The notes beneath the pieces were generated by a model that did no database searches, was not told where the DNA came from, and saw only the letters and a program-made list of their open reading frames with translations. From the IMG/VR virus record IMGVR_UViG_3300028453_000035: DNA of 15,685 nt; one strand, 5' to 3'. Positions 1 through 6,869 of the stretch are shown in pieces; position 1 is the first letter of the stretch; every line of letters starts with the position of its first letter. Source of the stretch: a virus (Duplodnaviria > Heunggongvirae > Uroviricota > Caudoviricetes). Made by a program: the position numbers and the translations under genes.

Positions 1-114
1 AAAAATATCTATCGGATAGCGAATCAGGACCACAGAGCAGGCAACATCCATTTTGAATTAACCTGAGCAAAAAGACTTAATACCAGTATATTCCAAAAAT
101 GGCATTTTGGGAGA

Positions 115-1182
115 TTACTTCTGCAAACCGCTCCCGCTAAATACATCCCTGATTTCCTGCGCAGTCTGTTCAAAACGCCCGGTATCCAGCTCAACGCCAG
201 TTGCACGACGCCCCAGCGCCATCGCGGCTTTGACTGTCGAACCCGACCCCATGAAAAAATCTGCAACCAGGTCACCCGGACGACTGCTCGCGCTGATTAT
301 CTGCTGCAGCATTTCTGCCGGTTTTTCGCACGGATGTTTCCCGGGATAGTACTGCACCGGTTTATGCGTCCACACATCCGTGTACGGCATCTGCGCCGTC
401 ACGCCAAAATACCGCCGCAGATGCTTATATTCACTCTGCAGTTCCGCATACTGCCGGTTCAGTGAAGTATACGTCTCCAGCAGCTGGTGGTGGGGCTTTT
501 CCAGTTCACCCCGCTGATGCTTCTCTTCTGCCACCCGGGCAAACAGCGCCTGTAATTTCAGATAATCACTTTCGTCCGGCAGTTGCCACTGACTGGCACT
601 GAACCAGTGCGACACCATGTTTTTCTTTCCTGTGGCATCCACAATCTGTTTTGCCGTTATCCCCAGGGCAGCGCGCGCATCACGAAAGTAAGCAATCAGC
701 GGTGCCATCACATGCTGTTTCAGTGCCCTGCCCTTCGCCTCATACCCGGCATCTTTCGGACGATACGGCCCCTGATAATGTTCCGCGAACAGAATGCGCT
801 CTGTGGCGGGGAAATACGCCCGCAGGCTTTCCTTGTTGCACCCGTTCCAGCGTCCGGACGGCTTCGCCCAGATAATATGGTTCAGCACACTGAAGCGTTC
901 ACGCATCATGATTTCAATGTCAGATGCCAGGCGATGGCCACAGAACAGGTAAAGACTTCCGGCAGGTTTCAGCACCCGCCAGAACTGCGCAAGACACTGG
1001 TCCAGCCACTTCAGGTAATCATCGTCGCCCTTCCACTGGTTATCCCAGCCCTCAGGCTTCACTTTAAAGTACGGCGGATCCGTGACTATCAGGTCAACAG
1101 AATTTTCGGGTAACGACCGGATAAATTCCAGGCAGTCGGCGTTGATTAACTCACAACTGGATATTTTTACAGTGTTAAGCAT
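115..1182 (-). CDS. DNA methyltransferase, beta-class amino-MTase (N6-adenine or N4-cytosine), no adjacent restriction enzyme
   Basis: 355-aa ORF with ATG at 1180-1182. DPPY catalytic motif near N-terminus (LIVTDPPYF) and FxGxG AdoMet motif near C-terminus (FFMGSGST), the motif order typical of beta-class MTases. Confidence 0.85.
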   Translation of the reverse strand: MLNTVKISSCELINADCLEFIRSLPENSVDLIVTDPPYFKVKPEGWDNQWKGDDDYLKWLDQCLAQFWRVLKPAGSLYLFCGHRLASDIEIMMRERFSVLNHIIWAKPSGRWNGCNKESLRAYFPATERILFAEHYQGPYRPKDAGYEAKGRALKQHVMAPLIAYFRDARAALGITAKQIVDATGKKNMVSHWFSASQWQLPDESDYLKLQALFARVAEEKHQRGELEKPHHQLLETYTSLNRQYAELQSEYKHLRRYFGVTAQMPYTDVWTHKPVQYYPGKHPCEKPAEMLQQIISASSRPGDLVADFFMGSGSTVKAAMALGRRATGVELDTGRFEQTAQEIRDVFSGSGLQK

Positions 1183-1322
1183 GGATCATTAAGCCTGTCT
1201 CTGATAGGCTCATTCTGCTTTTGCGCAAAGCAGTGGGCCTGAGGTTTGCTTGTGATCCAGACGCATGAGCAGATGGCTGGTGAGTGCCCCTAACACCCAC
1301 CAGCCGCCCATTTACCACAAAT

Positions 1323-1346
1323 AAAAAAGCCTTCATGACTGAAGGC
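1323..1346 (-). terminator. Rho-independent terminator overlapping the stop codon of the 65-aa gene
   Basis: Plus-strand gccttca-tgac-tgaaggc hairpin (1329-1346) preceded by A6 (1323-1328), so on the minus strand the hairpin is followed by a U-run. Confidence 0.5.
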
Positions 1347-1530
1347 GTCTGTAACAACCGAACTGATAGTCTGCCAGACCCGCCATAACAAGCTGGGTCA
1401 GTATTAACTGGCAGCGTTCGCGTGAAAGGTAAGTATTCTGCGCAATCTCCCCGACTGTCGCCGGTTCGGTGACGCTTAATTCATTAAACACCACTCTGGC
1501 GGTTTCGGTCATATCCTGCTGTTTCAGCAT
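1333..1530 (-). CDS. Small (65 aa) putative helix-turn-helix protein, hypothetical
   Basis: Internal ATG at 1528-1530 (MLKQQDMTET...) preceded by aaaggga. The longer 137-aa ORF in the track runs across two terminator hairpins and is probably an artefact. HTH-like segment EIAQNTYLSRERCQLILTQL. Confidence 0.5.
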   Translation of the reverse strand: MLKQQDMTETARVVFNELSVTEPATVGEIAQNTYLSRERCQLILTQLVMAGLADYQFGCYRRLQS

Positions 1531-1653
1531 GTCTTTTTCCCTTTTCAGGTTAACGTGACATACCAATAACTCTTGTCGAAAAAGCCAGCAAGCTGAAAGA
1601 CCCGTATTCGCAACCACCAGCGCGTTTAACGCCCTGTGTCGTTTTTCGGGCAT

Positions 1654-1676
1654 AAAAAAACCCGCCAGTGGCGGGG
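1654..1676 (-). terminator. Rho-independent terminator (minus-strand sense), downstream of the MazF-like gene
   Basis: cccgcc-agt-ggcggg hairpin (1661-1675) preceded on plus strand by A7 (1654-1660), i.e. U7 after the hairpin on the minus-strand transcript. Confidence 0.55.
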
Positions 1677-1696
1677 ATCTTTTGATAAAAACGACA

Positions 1697-1720
1697 AAGG
1701 CACCATTAAGGTGCCTTTTA
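1697..1720. terminator. Second hairpin (aaggcacc-atta-aggtgcctt) followed by TTTTA; possible tandem or bidirectional terminator
   Basis: 8-bp stem seen in sequence; the U-run is short, so strand assignment is uncertain. Confidence 0.3.
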
Positions 1721-1871
1721 CACAGGGGCAGCAGGCTTGTCATCACCTTATTGCTACTCCTGGCTTCCAGTTCGGAAGTCTCACAAGTCCCATCAGGGTA
1801 CAGCGACAGTATCAGTCAACACACTATGTGTGTCAATATAAATTCATATCGAATTCGATAATCGTTTTCGA

Positions 1872-2273
1872 TTATCGATACAGATAAGCCATCCCTATCC
1901 CGTGCAATACCGCCCGTTTAATATTCTCAAACTCATCTTCCGCAATCATAGGAACAATATAATTTCGCCCCTCCCAGGTTCTAGTTTTTATGCGATCCAG
2001 TCGGCTCAATGAAACCGTCATCAACATGTCACATTTTACCCAACAAGTAATATGCTCATTACCAGGGATGGGGTTTTCTGATAACTCATGATGGCAATCT
2101 CTGCGAGGAATCGGTTCAGTAGTGCTTATTGGTACCACTGTTACCAATTGATTGTTGTGTCTGTTTCTGGACACGACTACCACTGGCCTGACCTTGACTA
2201 TTTCCGGAACAACCATTCCCCGAAAATCACACATTAAAACAGAACGAACAGACGGCTGATACTTTAACACCAT
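1872..2273 (-). CDS. MazF/PemK-family toxin-like protein (133 aa), no adjacent antitoxin ORF evident
   Basis: ATG at 2271-2273 (MVLKYQ...). Motif pattern CDF..(x)..EIVKVRPVVVVSRNRHNNQLVTVVPISTT resembles the MazF/PemK/Kid core (DF..G.E..K.RP.VV.S...N......V.P.T.). The upstream in-frame extension in the track has no ATG. Confidence 0.55.
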   Translation of the reverse strand: MVLKYQPSVRSVLMCDFRGMVVPEIVKVRPVVVVSRNRHNNQLVTVVPISTTEPIPRRDCHHELSENPIPGNEHITCWVKCDMLMTVSLSRLDRIKTRTWEGRNYIVPMIAEDEFENIKRAVLHGIGMAYLYR

Positions 2274-2356
2274 AAATCTCTTTGCCTGATAATGACGACT
2301 TGTGAACTCCACTACAAACAAAATGATTCTGCTGAACAGGCAGTTTCGCACTGTAC

Positions 2357-2362
2357 ATTATA
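2357..2362 (-). promoter_or_regulatory. Candidate -10 hexamer (TATAAT on minus strand) of a promoter for the MazF-like gene, placed just downstream of the terminator
   Basis: Plus strand attata at 2357-2362 is a perfect TATAAT on the minus strand. No convincing -35, because the T-tract of the terminator occupies that position. Confidence 0.3.
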
Positions 2363-2377
2363 ACCTGTTAAGCCAAC

Positions 2378-2400
2378 AAAAAAACCCGCTCGGCGGCGGG
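2378..2400 (-). terminator. Rho-independent terminator downstream of the Q-position gene (tR'-like)
   Basis: GC stem cccgc/gcggg (2385-2389 with 2396-2400) with 6-nt loop; plus-strand A7 at 2378-2384 gives U7 after the hairpin on the minus-strand transcript. Confidence 0.6.
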
Positions 2401-2454
2401 GTTTGCTTACTTTGCCATCGCGTACAAAATCGGCAAAATATCAGATTTACATGA

Positions 2455-2483
2455 AATATATGCTTTTTAATCCAGTTTTGCAA
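2455..2483 (-). promoter_or_regulatory. Candidate sigma-70 promoter (PR'-like) at the 3' end of the Q-position gene
   Basis: Minus-strand -35 TTGCAA (2483-2478), 17-nt spacer, -10 TATATT (2460-2455); the terminator lies about 50-70 nt downstream. Confidence 0.35.
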
Positions 2484-3156
2484 TATTTTGCTGTGAAAAT
2501 GTGGTCTTTTGTTTTGAACGTGTTTTCGTTAAAAGCAATAAAGCTTGGCTATCAAGCTGTAGAAAAATGTGCTTCATTGCAACCCAGCGTTCAGTAAATG
2601 TCTCAGACCAGTTTTTTGATGTCACTCCCACCAGTGATGCCAGATCCCGGTATTCATAACCTTCCCCACCAAAAAGCTCAGCTTTTACCGCTTGCGCCGC
2701 CAGCCAGATCAACTTCTTCAGACGTTCCAGCGTTTTCCCAGCTATTTTTCTGGTACCGGATTGAGTATTAAATTCATTCCACGCCCACTGCGTTATCGCA
2801 ATCTGATACTCCCAGCAAATGTTTCCGCCGTAACACCACAACAACCACGCCTTCTGATGCGCTTCCAGTTCCAGAACTGCACGTCGCCATGATGATGTCG
2901 AAAACTCAACCGGACTGACCAGAGCAATTGACGTCCCTTTCGCCAGTGATTGTTTACCCGGGATCGGTGGGTTATCCCGCGTGATCATTTTTCCGGTTAC
3001 CTCATCGCGGTAACGAATTTTTTTGCGTCTGTAACGCCCTGTATCGAACAGTGCATTTTCCTGCCAGGCTTCCAGTTGGCCTTTTATCGACACACTGAGA
3101 TCCGCAGTGGCAATCATGAGTTGCTCACGAACAAACTGTAAATACTGGTTATTCAT
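2467..3156 (-). CDS. Phage protein (230 aa) in the canonical late-antiterminator (Q) position; family not recognised
   Basis: ATG at 3154-3156 overlaps the rusA stop (coupled). Followed directly by a promoter-like element and a strong terminator, as Q is followed by PR'/tR' in lambdoid phages. Assignment is by synteny only. Confidence 0.35.
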   Translation of the reverse strand: MNNQYLQFVREQLMIATADLSVSIKGQLEAWQENALFDTGRYRRKKIRYRDEVTGKMITRDNPPIPGKQSLAKGTSIALVSPVEFSTSSWRRAVLELEAHQKAWLLWCYGGNICWEYQIAITQWAWNEFNTQSGTRKIAGKTLERLKKLIWLAAQAVKAELFGGEGYEYRDLASLVGVTSKNWSETFTERWVAMKHIFLQLDSQALLLLTKTRSKQKTTFSQQNIAKLD

Positions 3157-3511
3157 GCACACCCACCTCTGTAATTCTTATCTCCAGCCGTCCACCAGAT
3201 ACTGGCTGGCCACGTACAATATTGATTTCATCAAACTGCTCATCGTCCATTAACAACCCTGCATGCGTCAGCGCATCCAGCGGCGCTTTCAGGATATTAT
3301 CCAGGTCACGGCGGCGCTTATCCGGTGGCTCTGCAATCACCTTTATCGCCAGCCTTCCGGACAGGCTTAATTTCAGCCGCTGCTGGCGAACAATAAGCGC
3401 CACTGCCCGGCGATAGCGCTTTCCCTCCTCAGATATAAAATATGTGCTGCCACGACGTCGCCAGTAAGTATTCACCGTCGGTGGATAAGGCAAAACAAAC
3501 TCTATACGCAT
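3149..3511 (-). CDS. rusA: RusA-family Holliday junction resolvase
   Basis: 120 aa, ATG at 3509-3511 with aagagg SD. Motifs LPYPPTVNTYW and RRRDLDN match the RusA family. Confidence 0.85.
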   Translation of the reverse strand: MRIEFVLPYPPTVNTYWRRRGSTYFISEEGKRYRRAVALIVRQQRLKLSLSGRLAIKVIAEPPDKRRRDLDNILKAPLDALTHAGLLMDDEQFDEINIVRGQPVSGGRLEIRITEVGVHE

Positions 3512-3523
3512 CAGTAACCTCTT

Positions 3524-4573
3524 TTACCCAAGCACGCCGGTTGCAAAGGCGTGATCAAGAAAACGAAAAATTAACTCAACCTGAGAGCCGTACTTTTTCT
3601 CAAACTCCAGCGGGTCTGCATGAAGTTCGTTGTGATGTTCCCGGCACAACGGTAGCGTGAAAATATCGTGGGCCTTTGTCCCCATTCCCCCCTGACCATG
3701 ACCAATCAGGTGATGCGGATCGTCAGCAGGCTTACCACAACACGCACACGGCTGTGTCTTTACCCAGCGCGTGTATTTCTCATTAACCCAACGGCGACGT
3801 TTAGGCCGCCTCATGAACGATTCAGGAGACTCCGGATCAACAGCGATACTGACAACCGTTTTTTTCTGTGGTGGATTTTGTTGCTGGTGGACGTGAAGTG
3901 GCAGCGCAATATTTTTTGTGCGCTGCTTCAGTATGCTGATGGCTGTCTGTTCTCCCGGTACGATGTCACTCTCACGATATACGGAGCGGATTTTTTCCGC
4001 TGGTAATCCCAGCGAACGACGCGCTACTGCCTCAGGTAATGCATCCACCACCTGATTGCAGGCCGCCCACCAGGATAATTCGGCCAGCGATAATTCACGC
4101 TCCTGTGTGCCATTCATTGCGTGACGAATGACGTCAATCATCCATGCTGACAGGTTTTGGTGAGCAAGTTGCTCAAGTGATTCGGAGGTCTGGTCACGCA
4201 ACTGGTTGTCGCAGTGCCAGCACAACACCATTGCGCCGGTACCATAACGGTGAATGACGGTTTCACTGTGGTGATAATCGCCGTGTGGCCACTGGCAGGA
4301 TTTAACATGGCGCAGTAACCAGTCAGACAATGCGCCAGCGCCACCAGCAGCACGAATCACTCGTTCGTCGCTGAAAAATGGCAGTAATGATTTATCCTCC
4401 GCCAGCGGCTGGCGAACGGCAGGAACGACCCCGGACGGCAGATTACGCATGCTTTTCGGTTCCGGCTCCACCAGTACCCGGGTATTGTGGAATACCGGCA
4501 TGGATTCACGGCCCGGCTTAACGATCACCAGCCCGAGTTCCGGTACCAGAACAGGTCGAAGTAATACCCGCAC
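3524..4573 (-). CDS. YdfU-like DUF968 protein with C-terminal HNH/zinc-finger-like region
   Basis: 349 aa, GTG start at 4571-4573 preceded by GGAGG. C-terminal CACCGKPADDPHHL...CREHHNELH motif. Size and position (after rem-like, before rusA) match ydfU of Qin-type prophages. Confidence 0.7.
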   Translation of the reverse strand: MRVLLRPVLVPELGLVIVKPGRESMPVFHNTRVLVEPEPKSMRNLPSGVVPAVRQPLAEDKSLLPFFSDERVIRAAGGAGALSDWLLRHVKSCQWPHGDYHHSETVIHRYGTGAMVLCWHCDNQLRDQTSESLEQLAHQNLSAWMIDVIRHAMNGTQERELSLAELSWWAACNQVVDALPEAVARRSLGLPAEKIRSVYRESDIVPGEQTAISILKQRTKNIALPLHVHQQQNPPQKKTVVSIAVDPESPESFMRRPKRRRWVNEKYTRWVKTQPCACCGKPADDPHHLIGHGQGGMGTKAHDIFTLPLCREHHNELHADPLEFEKKYGSQVELIFRFLDHAFATGVLG

Positions 4574-4574
4574 G

Positions 4575-4853
4575 TTACCTCCAGATGCGCTGCTGGAATG
4601 TGCGGGACGGACGCGGTGGGCGTTCAGTGTAAGGAAGCCTGACGGAGATTATCCAGTGACGGTAGTCGAGGCTAAGGGCTTTTTTAACCTCGTATCCGCG
4701 CCTGCGGTAACACTGAATGAGCCATTCGGCCTGTTCTTCAGTGCATGGGGGATGCTGGTACCAGTCAGATTTGAATGCGTGAAAACACCGTCTGCGCCTG
4801 CTGGCAAAGACGGCTGAATTATCAGAATTGTGTAATTTGGTATCGTGCGCCAT
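4575..4853 (-). CDS. Rem-like small prophage protein (92 aa)
   Basis: ATG at 4851-4853 (MAHDTKLHNSDNS...). The upstream part of the 135-aa track ORF has only a GTG start and runs into the hok terminator, so it is trimmed. Synteny with rem of Qin. Confidence 0.5.
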   Translation of the reverse strand: MAHDTKLHNSDNSAVFASRRRRCFHAFKSDWYQHPPCTEEQAEWLIQCYRRRGYEVKKALSLDYRHWIISVRLPYTERPPRPSRTFQQRIWR

Positions 4854-4922
4854 CGGTTGTCTCTGCTGGCGCAGCAGGTGCCAGTTGTTCAGGCTGGTGT
4901 GCGAATTGTAAACCAGAATGCT

Positions 4923-4952
4923 AGGAAAAAACAAAACCCGCCGAAGCGGGTT
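4923..4952 (-). terminator. Rho-independent terminator, probably the original 3' terminator of the hok mRNA, now separated from hok by IS186
   Basis: aacccgc-cgaa-gcgggtt hairpin (4935-4952); plus-strand A-rich run 4925-4934 gives UUUGUUUUUU after the hairpin on the minus-strand transcript. Confidence 0.55.
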
Positions 4953-4996
4953 AAGTGCGGGTGCGTTGAGGATGCCTGACACATCAGAGGTGGCGA

Positions 4997-5008
4997 GGGA
5001 TTCTCCCC
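4997..5008. repeat. Left copy of IS186 target-site duplication (gggattctcccc; boundary ambiguous by 1-2 nt)
   Basis: Direct repeat of the same sequence found at 6345-6356 on the other side of the IS. Confidence 0.8.
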
Positions 5009-6345
5009 ATAAGCGCTAACTTAAGGGTTGTGGTATTACGCCTGATATGATTTAACGTGCCGATGAATTACTCTCACGATAACTGGTCAGCAATTCTGGC
5101 CCATATTGGTAAGCCCGAAGAACTGGATACTTCGGCACGTAATGCCGGGGCTCTAACCCGCCGCCGCGAAATTCGTGATGCTGCAACTCTGCTACGTCTG
5201 GGGCTGGCTTACGGCCCCGGGGGGATGTCATTACGTGAAGTCACTGCATGGGCTCAGCTCCATGACGTTGCAACATTATCTGACGTGGCTCTCCTGAAGC
5301 GGCTGCGGAATGCCGCCGACTGGTTTGGCATACTTGCCGCACAAACACTTGCTGTACGCGCCGCAGTTACGGGTTGTACAAGCGGAAAGAGATTGCGTCT
5401 TGTCGATGGAACAGCAATCAGTGCGCCCGGGGGCGGCAGCGCTGAATGGCGACTACATATGGGATATGATCCTCATACCTGTCAGTTCACTGATTTTGAG
5501 CTAACCGACAGCAGAGACGCTGAACGGCTGGACCGATTTGCGCAAACGGCAGACGAGATACGCATTGCTGACCGGGGATTCGGTTCGCGTCCCGAATGTA
5601 TCCGCTCACTTGCTTTTGGAGAAGCTGATTATATCGTCCGGGTTCACTGGCGAGGATTGCGCTGGTTAACTGCAGAAGGAATGCGCTTTGACATGATGGG
5701 TTTTCTGCGCGGGCTGGATTGCGGTAAGAACGGTGAAACCACTGTAATGATAGGCAATTCAGGTAATAAAAAAGCCGGAGCTCCCTTTCCGGCACGTCTC
5801 ATTGCCGTATCACTTCCTCCCGAAAAAGCATTAATCAGTAAAACCCGACTGCTCAGCGAGAATCGTCGAAAAGGACGAGTAGTTCAGGCGGAAACGCTGG
5901 AAGCAGCGGGCCATGTGCTATTGCTAACATCATTACCGGAAGATGAATATTCAGCAGAGCAAGTGGCTGATTGTTACCGTCTGCGATGGCAAATTGAACT
6001 GGCTTTTAAGCGGCTCAAAAGTTTGCTGCACCTGGATGCTTTGCGTGCAAAGGAACCAGAACTCGCGAAAGCGTGGATATTTGCTAATCTACTCGCCGCA
6101 TTTTTAATTGACGACATAATCCAGCCATCGCTGGATTTCCCCCCCAGAAGTGCCGGATCCGAAAAGAAGAACTAACTCGTTGTGGAGAATAACAAAAATG
6201 GTCATCTGGAGCTTACAGTGGCCATTCGTGGGACAGTATCCCTGACAGCCTACAAAACGCAATTGAAGAACGCGAGGCATCGTCTTAACGAGGCACCGAG
6301 GCGTCGCATTCTTCAGATGGTTCAACCCTTAAGTTAGCGCTTATG
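5008..6345 (+). mobile_element. IS186 (IS4 family), intact, with 23-bp terminal inverted repeats
   Basis: Terminal IR cataagcgctaacttaagggttg at 5008-5030 and its exact reverse complement at 6323-6345. Element length about 1338 bp. Flanked by a GGG...CCCC direct repeat; encodes an InsL-like transposase. Confidence 0.9.
5063..6175 (+). CDS. insL: IS186 transposase
   Basis: ORF opens MNYSHDNWSAILAHIGKPEELDTSARNAG, recognised as IS186 InsL. ATG at 5063; the track ORF starts two codons earlier at a GTG (5057). Confidence 0.85.
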   Translation: MNYSHDNWSAILAHIGKPEELDTSARNAGALTRRREIRDAATLLRLGLAYGPGGMSLREVTAWAQLHDVATLSDVALLKRLRNAADWFGILAAQTLAVRAAVTGCTSGKRLRLVDGTAISAPGGGSAEWRLHMGYDPHTCQFTDFELTDSRDAERLDRFAQTADEIRIADRGFGSRPECIRSLAFGEADYIVRVHWRGLRWLTAEGMRFDMMGFLRGLDCGKNGETTVMIGNSGNKKAGAPFPARLIAVSLPPEKALISKTRLLSENRRKGRVVQAETLEAAGHVLLLTSLPEDEYSAEQVADCYRLRWQIELAFKRLKSLLHLDALRAKEPELAKAWIFANLLAAFLIDDIIQPSLDFPPRSAGSEKKN

Positions 6346-6356
6346 GGATTCTCCCC
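6345..6356. repeat. Right copy of IS186 target-site duplication
   Basis: gggattctcccc immediately after the right IR; same sequence as 4997-5008. Confidence 0.8.
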
Positions 6357-6367
6357 CGCCTGGTCTC

Positions 6368-6523
6368 TTACTCCTCAGGTTCGTAAGCTGTGAAGACAGC
6401 GACCTCCGTCTGGCCGGTTCGGATTCGTACCTCGCAGAGGTCTTTCCTCGTTACCAGTGCCGTCACTATGACGGTTAAACAGATGACGATCAGGGCGATT
6501 AGCATCGCCTTTTGCTGCTTCAT
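6368..6523 (-). CDS. hok: Hok/Gef-family type I toxin (51 aa, small membrane peptide)
   Basis: MKQQKAMLIALIVICLTVIVTALVTRKDLCEVRIRTGQTEVAVFTAYEPEE is a typical Hok/Gef sequence. ATG at 6521-6523 preceded by a strong aaggag SD. Confidence 0.85.
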   Translation of the reverse strand: MKQQKAMLIALIVICLTVIVTALVTRKDLCEVRIRTGQTEVAVFTAYEPEE

Positions 6524-6580
6524 AGCCTGCTTCTCCTTGCCTTTCGGCACGTAAGAGGCTAACCTACGTGTGTAGAGCAT
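6368..6580 (-). CDS. mok: Mok-like in-frame upstream reading frame (70 codons) overlapping hok
   Basis: ATG at 6578-6580, in frame with hok, the same arrangement I recall for mokC/hokC. Whether it is translated is not determinable from sequence. Confidence 0.45.
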   Translation of the reverse strand: MLYTRRLASYVPKGKEKQAMKQQKAMLIALIVICLTVIVTALVTRKDLCEVRIRTGQTEVAVFTAYEPEE

Positions 6581-6869
6581 AGATATGGCCTCAGATTAAT
6601 GTTAAGCGTCTTGCCGGACGCGTAATGTTAACTGGGGCTTTTCTCTATCTGCCTTTTGGTGTTCATGCCTGAGACAGATAGCCTCAAGCACCCGCAGTCA
6701 TTCTACCCGTTTTAGATTTCTCAGCCAACTTTATGCTCACAACATATACAAATTTCCCGGTTAAAGCTCATCATGTTAGATAGTTTTTGCGTACGCACTA
6801 TTTTTTTATGTAAACTGCGCAAAAAAGTTTAGCACCCTAAATTGTTAAGGGAAAGTTAAGGAAGTGTTA

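Noticed and set aside
24..1113. Track ORFs 24..275(-), 107..349(+), 583..1113(+), 651..875(+) overlapping the methyltransferase gene
   Set aside because: They lie in alternative frames or antisense to a well-supported 355-aa MTase ORF and have no SD or motif support; typical shadow ORFs of a GC-balanced coding region.
1333..1746. Full 137-aa version of the small HTH ORF
   Set aside because: The N-terminal part spans two terminator hairpins and starts with GTG; the internal ATG at 1530 with an SD gives a compact 65-aa gene.
2274..2351. N-terminal extension of the MazF-like ORF (track start 2351)
   Set aside because: The extension has no ATG (GTG only), overlaps the predicted promoter and terminator, and the ATG at 2273 starts exactly where the conserved toxin-like core begins.
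2403..2597. ORF 2403..2597(+) downstream of the terminator
   Set aside because: Antisense to the 3' end of the Q-position gene and to the promoter/terminator elements; no SD.
3668..4817. Track ORFs 3668..4006(+), 4138..4353(-), 4449..4817(+) inside or antisense to the ydfU-like and rem-like genes
   Set aside because: Alternative-frame or antisense ORFs within a 349-aa gene that has a strong SD and recognisable C-terminal motif; no independent support.
5310..6325. ORFs 5310..5504(+), 5487..5795(-), 6104..6325(-) inside IS186
   Set aside because: They overlap the transposase gene in other frames or antisense; not called as genes.
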